A stretch of DNA of 64,000 nt from a virus (lineage: Duplodnaviria; Caudoviricetes). Positions 9,547 to 18,147 of this stretch are shown here, in pieces. The notes under the pieces were generated by a model. That model was not told the DNA's origin, ran no database searches, and saw only the letters and a program-made list of their open reading frames with translations. Every line of letters begins with the position of its first letter. Positions within the stretch are counted from its first letter, which is position 1. Both the position numbers and the translations under genes were made by a program. The stretch spans positions 12,344-76,343 of IMG/VR virus record IMGVR_UViG_3300033067_000833. The stretch is one strand, 5' to 3'.

Positions 9547-9732
9547 ATGAACCGGATGCAACGCGACTACCTGACCACTCCGGAGTCCGAATACGAGGAA
9601 TCCGCCCGCCGGCAGTACCGCCGCGAGACGGCCGCGGACTGGATCGCCATTGTCGGCTGGATCCTGTTGATCGCGGCGGCCGTGACGTTCGGCATCTGGA
9701 TCGACTGGTCCTGGTTCAAGCCAGAGTGGTGA
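9547..9732 (+). CDS. Small single-pass membrane protein
   Basis: WIAIVGWILLIAAAVTFGIWI hydrophobic span; AAGGA RBS. Confidence 0.6.
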   Translation: MNRMQRDYLTTPESEYEESARRQYRRETAADWIAIVGWILLIAAAVTFGIWIDWSWFKPEW

Positions 9733-9911
9733 CGAGGCTTTCCCCGTTTGGCTTTGAGCAGGCGCTTTCGCTCGGCGGGGAAAAGGGCTGCTTCCGGCCC
9801 ACAACCATGCCCACGGCGTTCGACTTGGTGCCGGGCGCCGGCGGGAACGAGGAAGCCCCGAACCGGGTGTGGGGAGACAACGCCCGGTGTCACAGCGAAT
9901 CTCCCGTTGGG

Positions 9912-9960
9912 GGCCGCCGGCTTGGGTTTTGATCCTTTTCCCGGCCGGCGGCCTTTTTTT
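9912..9960 (+). terminator. Intrinsic terminator
   Basis: GGCCGCCGGC...GCCGGCGGCC followed by T7. Confidence 0.65.
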
Positions 9961-9973
9961 CAGGCCACCTACC

Positions 9974-10165
9974 ATGACCCAATCCCTACTGGCCTTCGCC
10001 GACGACCTGGAAGCCGACCGGGTTGGCGTCGAGTGGGCGATCCAATGCTCCAAGTCGCTGGACGAACTGGAGCGGCTGCGGGATCCGGCCGAAGAACTGG
10101 GGCTGGTGGGAGCGTGGCGGCGGAGACGGAAGGAACTTCAATCACAGGAAGGGAACAGGCCATGA
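9974..10165 (+). CDS. Hypothetical protein
   Basis: MTQSLLAF...; coupled to the next ORF. Confidence 0.55.
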   Translation: MTQSLLAFADDLEADRVGVEWAIQCSKSLDELERLRDPAEELGLVGAWRRRRKELQSQEGNRP

Positions 10166-10542
10166 GTGAAATCGTTCAGATGCTGCGGTCGATTCAGTCA
10201 GTCCACAAAGACTGCTCGCCTGTCCTATCTAAAGCGTGCAGATCTGCCGCCGACGAGATCGACCGGCTACAGGCGATCGTGGACCGCCTGCCGAAAACGG
10301 CGGATGGTATTCCAGTTACGCCTGGAATGAAGGTCTGGCATTGTGCGAATCGCCACTACGGTCCACACGCTGGAAAACTGTTTGAGAGCGAAGGCATCGA
10401 CGCGCGTATGCCGTCGCCGTACTGCCTTGGAGAGCATTGCTATTCCGACGGATGCCAAGGTGACGATGGCGGCGGTCGAACTTGGCGGTTTGAGGACTGC
10501 TACTCCACCCGCCAAGCCGCCGAGAAAGCGAGGACCGCATGA
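10162..10542 (+). CDS. Hypothetical phage protein
   Basis: ADEIDRLQAIVDRLPKTADG motif; RBS and ATGA overlaps. Confidence 0.6.
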   Translation: MSEIVQMLRSIQSVHKDCSPVLSKACRSAADEIDRLQAIVDRLPKTADGIPVTPGMKVWHCANRHYGPHAGKLFESEGIDARMPSPYCLGEHCYSDGCQGDDGGGRTWRFEDCYSTRQAAEKARTA

Positions 10543-11000
10543 GAACGCTAGAGCAGCTTGAATCACGGCTGATGCCATGCACGCCGCTGAACGTGCTTGC
10601 CATCATCCAGTCCGTGAACGCCGGCCAGTACTCCGAGCAGGCCGACATCGACCAGAACGGAGTCGTCGAACCGATGGACGCCCTCCTGGCGATCAACGAG
10701 GCGAACCGGATGGCGTCTAGCAACCCGCAGCCGCTGGTTCTTCACCCGCATCCGGGCGGTAAGACGAGCCTGTGGTTCAGCCCATGCGGGAACGAGTACG
10801 ACGTGACGCTGCTGGCACGCAACGCGGTTGACGCATCCACCGTGGCCGTGCGGGTCGGAACCACCATCTACCCGCCGACGGCTACCGGGACGTTCGGTGA
10901 TTACCAGCGATGGGAGTTCTCGATCCAGGGCCGTGGCGTGGAATATCTGACGGTCCTGGGCGAGTTCACGGACGATCTCCTCACCGTCATCATCGGCTAA
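10539..11000 (+). CDS. Small protein with a planctomycete extracellular motif and a dockerin type I-like repeat
   Basis: N-terminal LEQLESRLMP; DIDQNGVVEPMDALLAINE matches the planctomycete dockerin repeat pattern. Confidence 0.7.
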   Translation: MRTLEQLESRLMPCTPLNVLAIIQSVNAGQYSEQADIDQNGVVEPMDALLAINEANRMASSNPQPLVLHPHPGGKTSLWFSPCGNEYDVTLLARNAVDASTVAVRVGTTIYPPTATGTFGDYQRWEFSIQGRGVEYLTVLGEFTDDLLTVIIG

Positions 11001-11019
11001 CCAGGAAAGCGAGGAAAGC

Positions 11020-11430
11020 ATGGCAATCTACTGCAACAACCCGCAGTGCCGCGGCGTCCTGAACGAACGCACCCCCTCCCGCTGCCCCGAATGTGGCGTC
11101 GCGACCGGGGCCGAGCCGCGAAACCGGATCGACTTGCTCGAAGCGATCCCGCCCTACTCGACAGATCGGCCGCCTCCATCCGCCGAGGCTCAGGCCGCGA
11201 GCCAGGAGGTTCTGGCCGTCATGGAGGACAAGCTGGCTGATCTGCGACCGGCAGTGCGCGTCGGAAGGATCCAGCCATGCGAAATGATCATGGCCATCGG
11301 CCAGTGGCTGCAGTTCGGCGAGGACATGTTCAACGACGGGCACCAGCAGGGCTACTTCTGCGGCGACGGGTGGGCGGCCCGAGCACTCCGGGCGGCCCGG
11401 GATTTCATCGAAAAAGCAGATCGCGCTTGA
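11020..11430 (+). CDS. Zn-ribbon hypothetical protein
   Basis: CNNPQC...CPECG; GAGGAAAG RBS. Confidence 0.6.
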   Translation: MAIYCNNPQCRGVLNERTPSRCPECGVATGAEPRNRIDLLEAIPPYSTDRPPPSAEAQAASQEVLAVMEDKLADLRPAVRVGRIQPCEMIMAIGQWLQFGEDMFNDGHQQGYFCGDGWAARALRAARDFIEKADRA

Positions 11431-11455
11431 CTCTCGCCTCCCCTGCGCGTATATT
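11427..11455 (+). promoter_or_regulatory. Sigma70 promoter TTGACT-N17-TATATT
   Basis: Read directly; followed by a structured leader. Confidence 0.6.
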
Positions 11456-11514
11456 ACTTGTGACGGACAACTTTGTCCGGCAAGTGCGATTCGAGGCGCC
11501 GTGGGGGTTGAGCC

Positions 11515-11973
11515 ATGACATCACCGATCACCGAGCAAGCACGTCAAGTTCGCCCCACAGCGACTCAAGAAAGCCCCGCTGGCCTCGAAACCTCGCGGGG
11601 CTTTTCTACGCGCCAACCAAAGCCAGCCAAGCCGCAAGTCACCGTCTGCCCGAAGTGCGGCGTCTGCTACGTCGCCGGCAAGGCCCCATCTGCTCACGAT
11701 CCGTGCCCTACGTGCCGCGTGAGATACAAGACAGAGCACGATAAAGGAGTGGCTTTCAGGACGATGCGGAAGCTGTTCTACGAGTTCGACGAGGACGGCT
11801 TCAACCCGACTTGCGCGCTCGCCTTGGCCGCGGACGGCACGATCATGCAGGCTTGGCACCACCGGGACCGCAAGGAGTTCCGCTGGAAGCCACTCCCGGC
11901 CTTCGACTCCCAACTCCTCCACCAGGCCCCAAACATTGCCGGCCCCAACCAAGTCCCGCCCGCTCCCGGGTAG
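11515..11973 (+). CDS. Zn-finger hypothetical protein (start uncertain, overlaps an attenuator-like leader)
   Basis: CPKCG...CPTC; coding-like codon usage after about 11630. Confidence 0.5.
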   Translation: MTSPITEQARQVRPTATQESPAGLETSRGFSTRQPKPAKPQVTVCPKCGVCYVAGKAPSAHDPCPTCRVRYKTEHDKGVAFRTMRKLFYEFDEDGFNPTCALALAADGTIMQAWHHRDRKEFRWKPLPAFDSQLLHQAPNIAGPNQVPPAPG

Positions 11974-11986
11974 GCCAAGACCGGCA

Positions 11987-12283
11987 ATGCCACGCGACCG
12001 CGAAGAAACCTGGACCGGCTCCGAGCAACAGCGGCAGCCCCAGCGACCCTGCTCGGCCAACGGGTACACTCCATGCCGCCGGCCCCCGCGGTACGCCATC
12101 CCGGCAGGCACTCCCGTCCACGTCCGGCCGCTTTCCGGCCCCGGCCGCCGCTCCTGGCGGTCCTACACCACCCAACGCGACCTCGCATTCGACCATCCTC
12201 ACCACCGGATCGGACGTCTCGAAGTCGTTTTCCACGAAGCCGGCTACGCCATCCGCCTCCCAGAACACCTTTGCATCCAGTGA
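11987..12283 (+). CDS. Hypothetical protein
   Basis: In-operon ORF in the C-rich tract. Confidence 0.45.
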   Translation: MPRDREETWTGSEQQRQPQRPCSANGYTPCRRPPRYAIPAGTPVHVRPLSGPGRRSWRSYTTQRDLAFDHPHHRIGRLEVVFHEAGYAIRLPEHLCIQ

Positions 12284-12295
12284 AGGACGCAGCCC

Positions 12296-13021
12296 ATGTG
12301 TACCTCAGCCCCATTCATGACCTTTTTCTCCAGAAGCAACCAGTCCGGGTACACCTGGCAGCCCGACTGCAACAGCTGGACCTGCCCCGACTGCCGCCCA
12401 GGACTGGAGAAAGCCTGGGCCGAGCACGCGTCGAACGTGTTCCAGACCTGCCCGTCCGGAATCGGCTACTCGTGCGTCCGGGCCGACCGGATCGCAGCCA
12501 CCATGAAGCAACTCACTCGCGCCGGCACCCAGTACCTCCGCGTCCGCGGCCACGGCATCTTCCACGTCTACACCGCCAACCCGGACCTGGGCCAGAAGAA
12601 GCTCACCCAGCAGCAGGCCACCGACCTGATCACCGAGCACTTGGCCCTCGCCCCGTCCCGAGACGGCCACGTCATCAGCACCTCCCGAGCGTGGCGCCGG
12701 GCCTCAACAGCCCCGGTGACCACCGAACCGTCCGACCTCAAGTGCATCGCCACCCGCGTCGGCCCAGAAGCCGTCCGCAGGATCCTCGATCACCTCGGCC
12801 AGACCTGCAGCTTCTCCGGCCAAACACTCTCCTTCCGCCTCGACTCCCAGGAAACCACCCAATCCTTCCTGCTCGCCGTCCAGGCCGAACGCTCCCTCTG
12901 TCCGAAAATCCCTTCCTACACCAAGAAGAGAAAGGAAATCTCGGACAGACAGCCACAGGCAGCCATTGGCGGCCACTGGTTCCCACCCAATCCCGCCTTC
13001 GCAGCCCTCCGATCACCGTAG
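12296..13021 (+). CDS. Hypothetical protein with weak similarity to HUH rolling-circle Rep proteins
   Basis: CNSWTCPDC motif followed by YLRV.GHGIFHVY; function is inferred only. Confidence 0.4.
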   Translation: MCTSAPFMTFFSRSNQSGYTWQPDCNSWTCPDCRPGLEKAWAEHASNVFQTCPSGIGYSCVRADRIAATMKQLTRAGTQYLRVRGHGIFHVYTANPDLGQKKLTQQQATDLITEHLALAPSRDGHVISTSRAWRRASTAPVTTEPSDLKCIATRVGPEAVRRILDHLGQTCSFSGQTLSFRLDSQETTQSFLLAVQAERSLCPKIPSYTKKRKEISDRQPQAAIGGHWFPPNPAFAALRSP

Positions 13022-13620
13022 GGCAACCCACTGGACACCCTGTCCAAGCCCCGCAGCTTGACTCTCAGCAACCTCAGAACGGTCGCTGTACGTACCTATC
13101 TTGCCAATCTTACCAGGTGGTAAAATGGGAAAAATTAGGGGGGAGGGAATATACATCCATGCGGTCGGGCCTGGGGGGCAGTCGGGGGATATCTTTGTCC
13201 TTTGTTGTAAACCGTTGTCGGCACGCGGGTTAGATCGACTAGCCCCAGCTGGAGCCCCCGGATGCTGCGAATTGGACGTAATCATCTTGAATTCCCTGTC
13301 ATCATTTTGACGACACTTTACCCGATACTGTATGGCTGGAACGTACACTGATTGGACAGTTGGTTCGATGTTGCGCCACCTGGCTGAGCATGCTTGCCGG
13401 CTTGTCGTGCCCTACATGCATCCATTCGGGCCGCGAACACGGCGGGCATACCCTGCCCTATCGTGTCCAGGGCGAAGCCCCGCATGCGTGCTTTGCTCAT
13501 GCTTGCCGGATCTACCCGGTTCCGGCTGCCAGGATCGCGTCTGGCGCTCGTTGTCGAGGAGTCGGCTCCGAGTCCCCATGATCGGCAGGAGCCGTTAGAC
13601 GGCATCCTAGTGCCAAGAAA
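13022..13620. other. Gene-free region between convergent units; candidate pac site or genome end
   Basis: No credible ORF. C-rich to G-run switch (GGGGGGAGGG, CTGGGGGG) around 13120-13170. Lower GC. Confidence 0.35.
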
Positions 13621-13621
13621 C

Positions 13622-13659
13622 GAAAAAAGCCCCATGAGGCTTGAACCCCATGAGGCTTT
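13622..13659 (-). terminator. Intrinsic terminator
   Basis: AAAGCCTCATGGGG-TTCAAG-CCTCATGGGGCTTT pairs with two G-U wobbles and is followed by a U tract. Confidence 0.7.
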
Positions 13660-13680
13660 GACGGTTCGGCGTGTTGTCGG

Positions 13681-14202
13681 CTACTTCTTGGTTCGGCCGG
13701 CGAGCGGCGCGGTGGCGACCAGCGAGTTCGCCACGGTCGCGCCCGAATTGCCGTTGTCGGTCGGCTGCGGCTTGACGGCGGGCGCGGTCGGGAACTTGGT
13801 CAATCCGCTGTCCTTGAGGAAAGCCCGAATGTCGTTCAAAAGCCCATCGTTCGCCAACAGGCAGCGGAACAAATCCGGGTCAACATTCAAGCAGCCGACG
13901 TACTCCTTGCTCTTGTCCGCGCTGTAGCACTTGAAGGACGGGTCACGGATGAACAGCCCCCCGGCGTTGTTCGCTTTGATCGTCCGGCCGTTGCTTGCCT
14001 TGGCGGCCGCTTTGGCTGCAGCGGCTTCTTTCTCGGCGGCTTCTTTGGCTGCAGCGGCTTCGGCAATGCGCGTCTGCACAATGGTTATTGCGTAGGTCGC
14101 GCACTCCGGAGATACGGTCGCGTCTCGCAACAGTCCGAGCAACTCTTCGTTGCTCATGCCGTTCATTACCTCTTGTCCGATTGTCTTTAGCTCTTGTGCC
14201 AT
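13681..14202 (-). CDS. Hypothetical protein with an Ala/Lys/Glu linker
   Basis: GGAG RBS, followed by a terminator. Confidence 0.7.
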   Translation of the reverse strand: MAQELKTIGQEVMNGMSNEELLGLLRDATVSPECATYAITIVQTRIAEAAAAKEAAEKEAAAAKAAAKASNGRTIKANNAGGLFIRDPSFKCYSADKSKEYVGCLNVDPDLFRCLLANDGLLNDIRAFLKDSGLTKFPTAPAVKPQPTDNGNSGATVANSLVATAPLAGRTKK

Positions 14203-14226
14203 GATACGATTCTCCCGTTCTAGGAA

Positions 14227-15174
14227 CTACTGAACATGCCGACGGAACATACCATCGGCGTCATACTCTCTGCGAATCACCGGGGCCGATATCATCGTCC
14301 CGTGTTTCTTGCTCTCGAAAAACCAACGCCGTCCTTCACTGAGCCCCCTGCGCTCTCGGCGTTTCAATGCCACTTGCTCCAATTCGTCGCGTGAACGTTT
14401 ACCGGCGTGCGGATCTGCAAACCGTAGAAAGTTGTTGGGTTCATGCCCAAGCCCGAATGCAACTGCCCATAAGCCGGCCGGCTTCGGTTCTGCCCTATCG
14501 TTCCATGTTCTGATCGGCATACCCGGATACCATGAGAGCGGAGATTGCCGTTTCTCATGGCAGGGGACAAACCACGTTTGGAACCGTGGCAAGAACGTTT
14601 CCGCTCTCCTCTTGCCTATCGGAGCAGGGGACCGTTCCGCGCTCTTGCTCCGTCGGTATTCCGTCAAGTCGGAAACGTACTCCCCCCTGCCCACAATGCT
14701 ATCGGGCAGCGAGTAGAGCGCGTCGAGGATTGGAGCCCACAATACGCTATCGCCTAACATGCGACGGATTGCTTTCCGCGCACGGTCCGCGCTTGCCAAG
14801 CCGATCTGCAATTCGCCAGCAATGTCTCGCATCGAGTACCCGGCCGCAAGTCTCTCGGCAACTTGCTTCTCCCGTTCAGGCAATCTTGCGAGCAGCTTAT
14901 CCCATGCCGCAAGATCGTCCGCGCTCGCAGACCGGACGGAACGGCGGGCGTGCTGGAGTTCTCGCCGTAGTTCGGTGTCCTCAACCGGGGCGGGGGATTC
15001 TGTCCTGTCACGCAACCAGTCTGCAAGTGACCATCGGACAGCCGATATCGCGTGTTCGGTGCCAGTCGCAACCCTCACAAGCGATGCCGAGATTACCTCT
15101 TGCCGATCGGCGTGCGATAGGTCTTTTGCGAGTCGATGAACGATACTCGCAACACAGGTGATTGGGTCTTCCAT
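14227..15174 (-). CDS. Divergent ECF-like sigma factor / region-4 HTH protein with C-terminal extension
   Basis: LLARLPEREKQVAERLAAGYSMRDIAGELQIG...RARKAIRRML; GGAG RBS and an upstream promoter. Confidence 0.65.
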   Translation of the reverse strand: MEDPITCVASIVHRLAKDLSHADRQEVISASLVRVATGTEHAISAVRWSLADWLRDRTESPAPVEDTELRRELQHARRSVRSASADDLAAWDKLLARLPEREKQVAERLAAGYSMRDIAGELQIGLASADRARKAIRRMLGDSVLWAPILDALYSLPDSIVGRGEYVSDLTEYRRSKSAERSPAPIGKRRAETFLPRFQTWFVPCHEKRQSPLSWYPGMPIRTWNDRAEPKPAGLWAVAFGLGHEPNNFLRFADPHAGKRSRDELEQVALKRRERRGLSEGRRWFFESKKHGTMISAPVIRREYDADGMFRRHVQ

Positions 15175-15214
15175 TGTGCAAATCTCCGTTAGGGTGTTGG
15201 CTAGACTGCCCTAA

Positions 15215-15242
15215 ATCTTAACGTCGGCATTATCCTTGTCAA
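15215..15242 (-). promoter_or_regulatory. Promoter TTGACA-N16-TAAGAT
   Basis: Read on the minus strand upstream of the sigma-like gene. Confidence 0.6.
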
Positions 15243-15410
15243 GCGTGAATCTGCCGTCTCGCAAGTCGAAGCGGCGGAGCGTTCCGTTGCCCCGATTGCC
15301 GGCGGCGCGGACCGGCCGCGCCGAGCCCCTTTCCCGCTATGGGATAGGGTTATCCATTAACCAGGCGGCTCCCATCCGGGTATTGCCGCCAGCATCCAAG
15401 GGAGATTGTC

Positions 15411-15575
15411 ATGTCATGTCCCCGCCAGCAGAAACCCATCGTCGTACATGCCTCTGTGTGGAAGCCTACAAAGTGGTTCCGCATCGCAGGCACCACCCAC
15501 CATGTCAAGTACATCCGGGACGCCAAGGACATCCTGGACAAAGCCGGAAGGACGCTGATCGTCAAGTTCCCGTAG
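15411..15575 (+). CDS. Small hypothetical protein (54 aa, not in the ORF track)
   Basis: MSCPRQQKPIVVHASVWKPTKWFRIAGTTHHVKYIRDAKDILDKAGRTLIVKFP with AAGGGAG RBS. Confidence 0.6.
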   Translation: MSCPRQQKPIVVHASVWKPTKWFRIAGTTHHVKYIRDAKDILDKAGRTLIVKFP

Positions 15576-15734
15576 AGGATTGGACCACTGACGCCCTACT
15601 GTCCCACTTGGTGGATGTGTACGGGCCGTCAGTCGTGTTCCCCAATGATGCCGACGCTGTCATGGATACTGCCTTGGCAGCGTTGGCCGCCTATGTTTGA
15701 GTGTTCAGTTGTGACCGCCAGAAGGAGACCTGTC

Positions 15735-15980
15735 ATGCGAATTAACCCCAAGATCAAGGCCAGTACGTTTGCAAGTGACTTGGAAGGCAGCCTGCTCACC
15801 TTCCCAGTCCGCAAGAGTGGTGACGATGGACACGAGATGATTGTCCTTAACGAGTGGTCCGCTGATATGGACCATGCCAAGCGGCGCGTGAACTGGGCCG
15901 CTACCAACATCCCGTCGTGGAATGACGCCAATCCCGTGGTCCGGTACACCCAAGTCAAACTGATCGCCATCGAGCAGTAG
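15735..15980 (+). CDS. Hypothetical protein
   Basis: MRINPKIK... with AAGGAG RBS. Confidence 0.65.
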   Translation: MRINPKIKASTFASDLEGSLLTFPVRKSGDDGHEMIVLNEWSADMDHAKRRVNWAATNIPSWNDANPVVRYTQVKLIAIEQ

Positions 15981-15985
15981 CCACC

Positions 15986-16045
15986 CCCTGTCGGCACCCC
16001 GCACCGCTGTCTGGCGGTGCGCGCCAAGTTCGACTCCCGGCAGGG
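15986..16045 (+). ncRNA. Degenerate tRNA-like fold (closing stem, internal hairpin, TTCGACT loop)
   Basis: CCCTG/CAGGG, GCACCGC/GCGGTGC, CCAAG-TTCGACT-CCCGG with two mismatches. Confidence 0.35.
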
Positions 16046-16296
16046 TCCTTTGTCCGATCCCCTTGGCCGCCAGCGCGGCTGACACGGGGGATTCCCTGCG
16101 CGCTCGGCGTGGCCGCCAGCGGAACCGGCGCGGAACGGCCGCCCGCTCCGATTGCGGCGGGACTCCGGCCGCGGTGGCCGGCGTTGCCGCCAGAAGCGAA
16201 TCAGGTTTACTGACGGGACTTTTGCGGCGAAATAGGCAAGCCGGTCCGAAGCCCGGCTAACCAACCCCAACCGCCCCGACGGGGCAGGAGTGAACG

Positions 16297-16497
16297 ATGA
16301 CGACCTGCACAATGACGACGGAGAAGGCCCTGCGAGAACTGGGACTTCGAGATGGAGTGGAATATCATCTCGACAACCAGCACGTCAACGGTCAGCGGTT
16401 ATGGTGGCTGAATCCGCAGGGGTTGACGGTTGAGATGGCTGTCAGCGATCTGCCGCTCTATCTGTACGAGCGGCTGGGCGTCGAAATCGAGGACTAG
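16297..16497 (+). CDS. Hypothetical protein
   Basis: AGGAG RBS; acidic C-terminus. Confidence 0.6.
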   Translation: MTTCTMTTEKALRELGLRDGVEYHLDNQHVNGQRLWWLNPQGLTVEMAVSDLPLYLYERLGVEIED

Positions 16498-16503
16498 CAA
16501 CCA

Positions 16504-16561
16504 GCCCTGTACCGCGTGAAAGCCAAGCGGGTGTAACACGGTTCCGACCCGTGGCGGGGCA
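16504..16561 (+). ncRNA. Anticodon-less tRNA mimic (7-bp acceptor, D-like arm, 5-bp T-arm)
   Basis: GCCCTGT/GCGGGGC, CCGC-N11-GCGG, CACGG-TTCCGAC-CCGTG stacked directly on the acceptor strand. Confidence 0.5.
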
Positions 16562-16677
16562 CTTTCAAGCAAGCATGTCGTTCGATTCAGCGGCATGTCG
16601 ATGTGTCCCAGTGATCCGGGCGTGGTGCGTTGCCACGCCCGGCGCTGGGTTTCAAGTTGTGCAAGGGAGATCGTGTC

Positions 16678-17574
16678 ATGTCCGGCGACAGAATGCCTGT
16701 CGGCGGGTCCGTCATTTGGTGGCGGCTCGCCAAGAGCACCGCCTTGGATACGCTTTCGAGCGGGTTCAAGGCACTGGGGCTCGAAGATTACATCCCGGAG
16801 CCAAGGACCGCCATGTCCTGCCTTCGGGCCGCCTTGTCCGACCGCTACGAGGTCGAGGACAAGAAGACGGAGCGGCTGGTTGTCCGCTCTGTGCCCAAGG
16901 GCTTCGTGGTGGTCAAGGAACGCCCCAAGGACGACAAGCGCTCCGGCGACGACTGGGGCGAGGTCGTGGCCACGGTAAAGCTGTCCGAGGACGAGAAGGA
17001 AGTCCTGCTGGACCCGTGGGACCGGGACATCCATGACGAGATCGTGGCCGCCATGACCGAGGCCAAGAAGTGGCTGTCGTCTGGTGCCGTGGGCGGCGCC
17101 CTGGTCAAGATCATCGAGGTCTGGGGGCTTTCCTTGCGTCCCAACGGCGGCGTGTACTGGCTGCCCAAGGACATGGTGTCCTGCTGGGATGCCGTGTCCA
17201 ACGTGATCGTCTCCGCGTCCGCCAAGAAGGACAAGGACGGCAAGGACGTGGACCCCAATCGGGTGTTCAAGCTAAACGTCGAGGCGGACACCGACATGGT
17301 GGAAGCCATCGGGGACATCCTGCAGAACGAGGTCGAGTCCGAACTGTCCCGGATCGAGTACGAGTTGCAGAGCGGCAATCTGGGCCAGCGTGCCATCGAG
17401 ACCCGTGAGGCCCGTGCCCAGCACTTGCTGAACAAGGTGTCCAAGTACGAGCAGGCTTTCCAGAAGAAGCTGGAGGGCTTGCAAGAGCAGTTTGCACGAT
17501 CCGAGTCTGCCGCGGCGATGGCCAAACTGGCTGCCATCGTCAAGGCCGAGCAAGAACAGGGGGTGGCGGCGTGA
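16678..17574 (+). CDS. Conserved hypothetical protein (DUF6744/DUF3150-like), partner of the MoxR/VWA pair
   Basis: LSLRPNGGVYWLP motif and C-terminal coiled coil; AAGGGAG RBS. Confidence 0.6.
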   Translation: MSGDRMPVGGSVIWWRLAKSTALDTLSSGFKALGLEDYIPEPRTAMSCLRAALSDRYEVEDKKTERLVVRSVPKGFVVVKERPKDDKRSGDDWGEVVATVKLSEDEKEVLLDPWDRDIHDEIVAAMTEAKKWLSSGAVGGALVKIIEVWGLSLRPNGGVYWLPKDMVSCWDAVSNVIVSASAKKDKDGKDVDPNRVFKLNVEADTDMVEAIGDILQNEVESELSRIEYELQSGNLGQRAIETREARAQHLLNKVSKYEQAFQKKLEGLQEQFARSESAAAMAKLAAIVKAEQEQGVAA

Positions 17575-17726
17575 ACGATACCGTCACACTGATTGTCCGC
17601 TGGAGCCATGCACGCCTGATGTGGCAGATTCTGTCCGAAGATGAGACGGAACTGTTCTACGAGTCAACGTGCTACGATGACATCACGGATTGGCTGGATG
17701 CCCATGCCGATCTGTGCGACGAATAA
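17571..17726 (+). CDS. Small acidic protein (51 aa, not in the ORF track)
   Basis: GTG start overlaps the upstream stop; MNDTVTLIVRWSHARLMWQILSEDETELFYESTCYDDITDWLDAHADLCDE. Confidence 0.55.
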   Translation: MNDTVTLIVRWSHARLMWQILSEDETELFYESTCYDDITDWLDAHADLCDE

Positions 17727-17785
17727 CCGTCTCGTGACGGTCTCCCCCGCCCTGTACAGCCTTGGAGAAGCTGGCAGGGCGGTTA

Positions 17786-17827
17786 CATCCCCGATGGCGT
17801 AGGCGGGTTCGATTCCCGCCGGGGATG
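17786..17827 (+). ncRNA. tRNA minihelix (acceptor stem plus canonical T-arm)
   Basis: CATCCCCG/CGGGGATG 8 bp, 9-nt linker ATGGCGTAG, GCGGG-TTCGATT-CCCGC. Confidence 0.55.
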
Positions 17828-18020
17828 CTTGCTACGATTCCGGCTGATCCCCGGAGAGCAACGCGAGAGTGCGGGATGGCACTGCCCAGAGCCCAGCGGC
17901 GATACAGCGGGACGAATTGGGCGGTCCATCATCCCGGATACCTGCGCCGCCAGTGTGACTCTGGGGCGGGATGCTTCAGCGCGGAACGCCGCGCCGCTCC
18001 GATTGCGAAAGGATTCGCCA

Positions 18021-18134
18021 ATGTTCGATTTGTGTTTCACCTGTGCCTGGGGTTCATCGGCCATCGTGTGGCTGGTAGGCTTTGCGGTGTTCACTTGGAC
18101 GCTGCAACGCAAGATCCCTGGGCTCGACGACTGA
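18021..18134 (+). CDS. Small membrane peptide
   Basis: MFDLCFTCAWGSSAIVWLVGFAVFTWTLQRKIPGLDD; AAGGA RBS. Confidence 0.5.
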   Translation: MFDLCFTCAWGSSAIVWLVGFAVFTWTLQRKIPGLDD

Positions 18135-18147
18135 AGGGAGATTCGCC

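Noticed and set aside
13307-13334. Fifth TTGACG-type promoter
   Set aside because: No acceptable -10 hexamer at 16-17 nt spacing.
14272-14287. 16-bp inverted match to the hairpin at 21895 (GGCCCCGGTGATTCGC)
   Set aside because: It lies in coding sequence and lacks the 3' arm; likely chance in GC-rich DNA.
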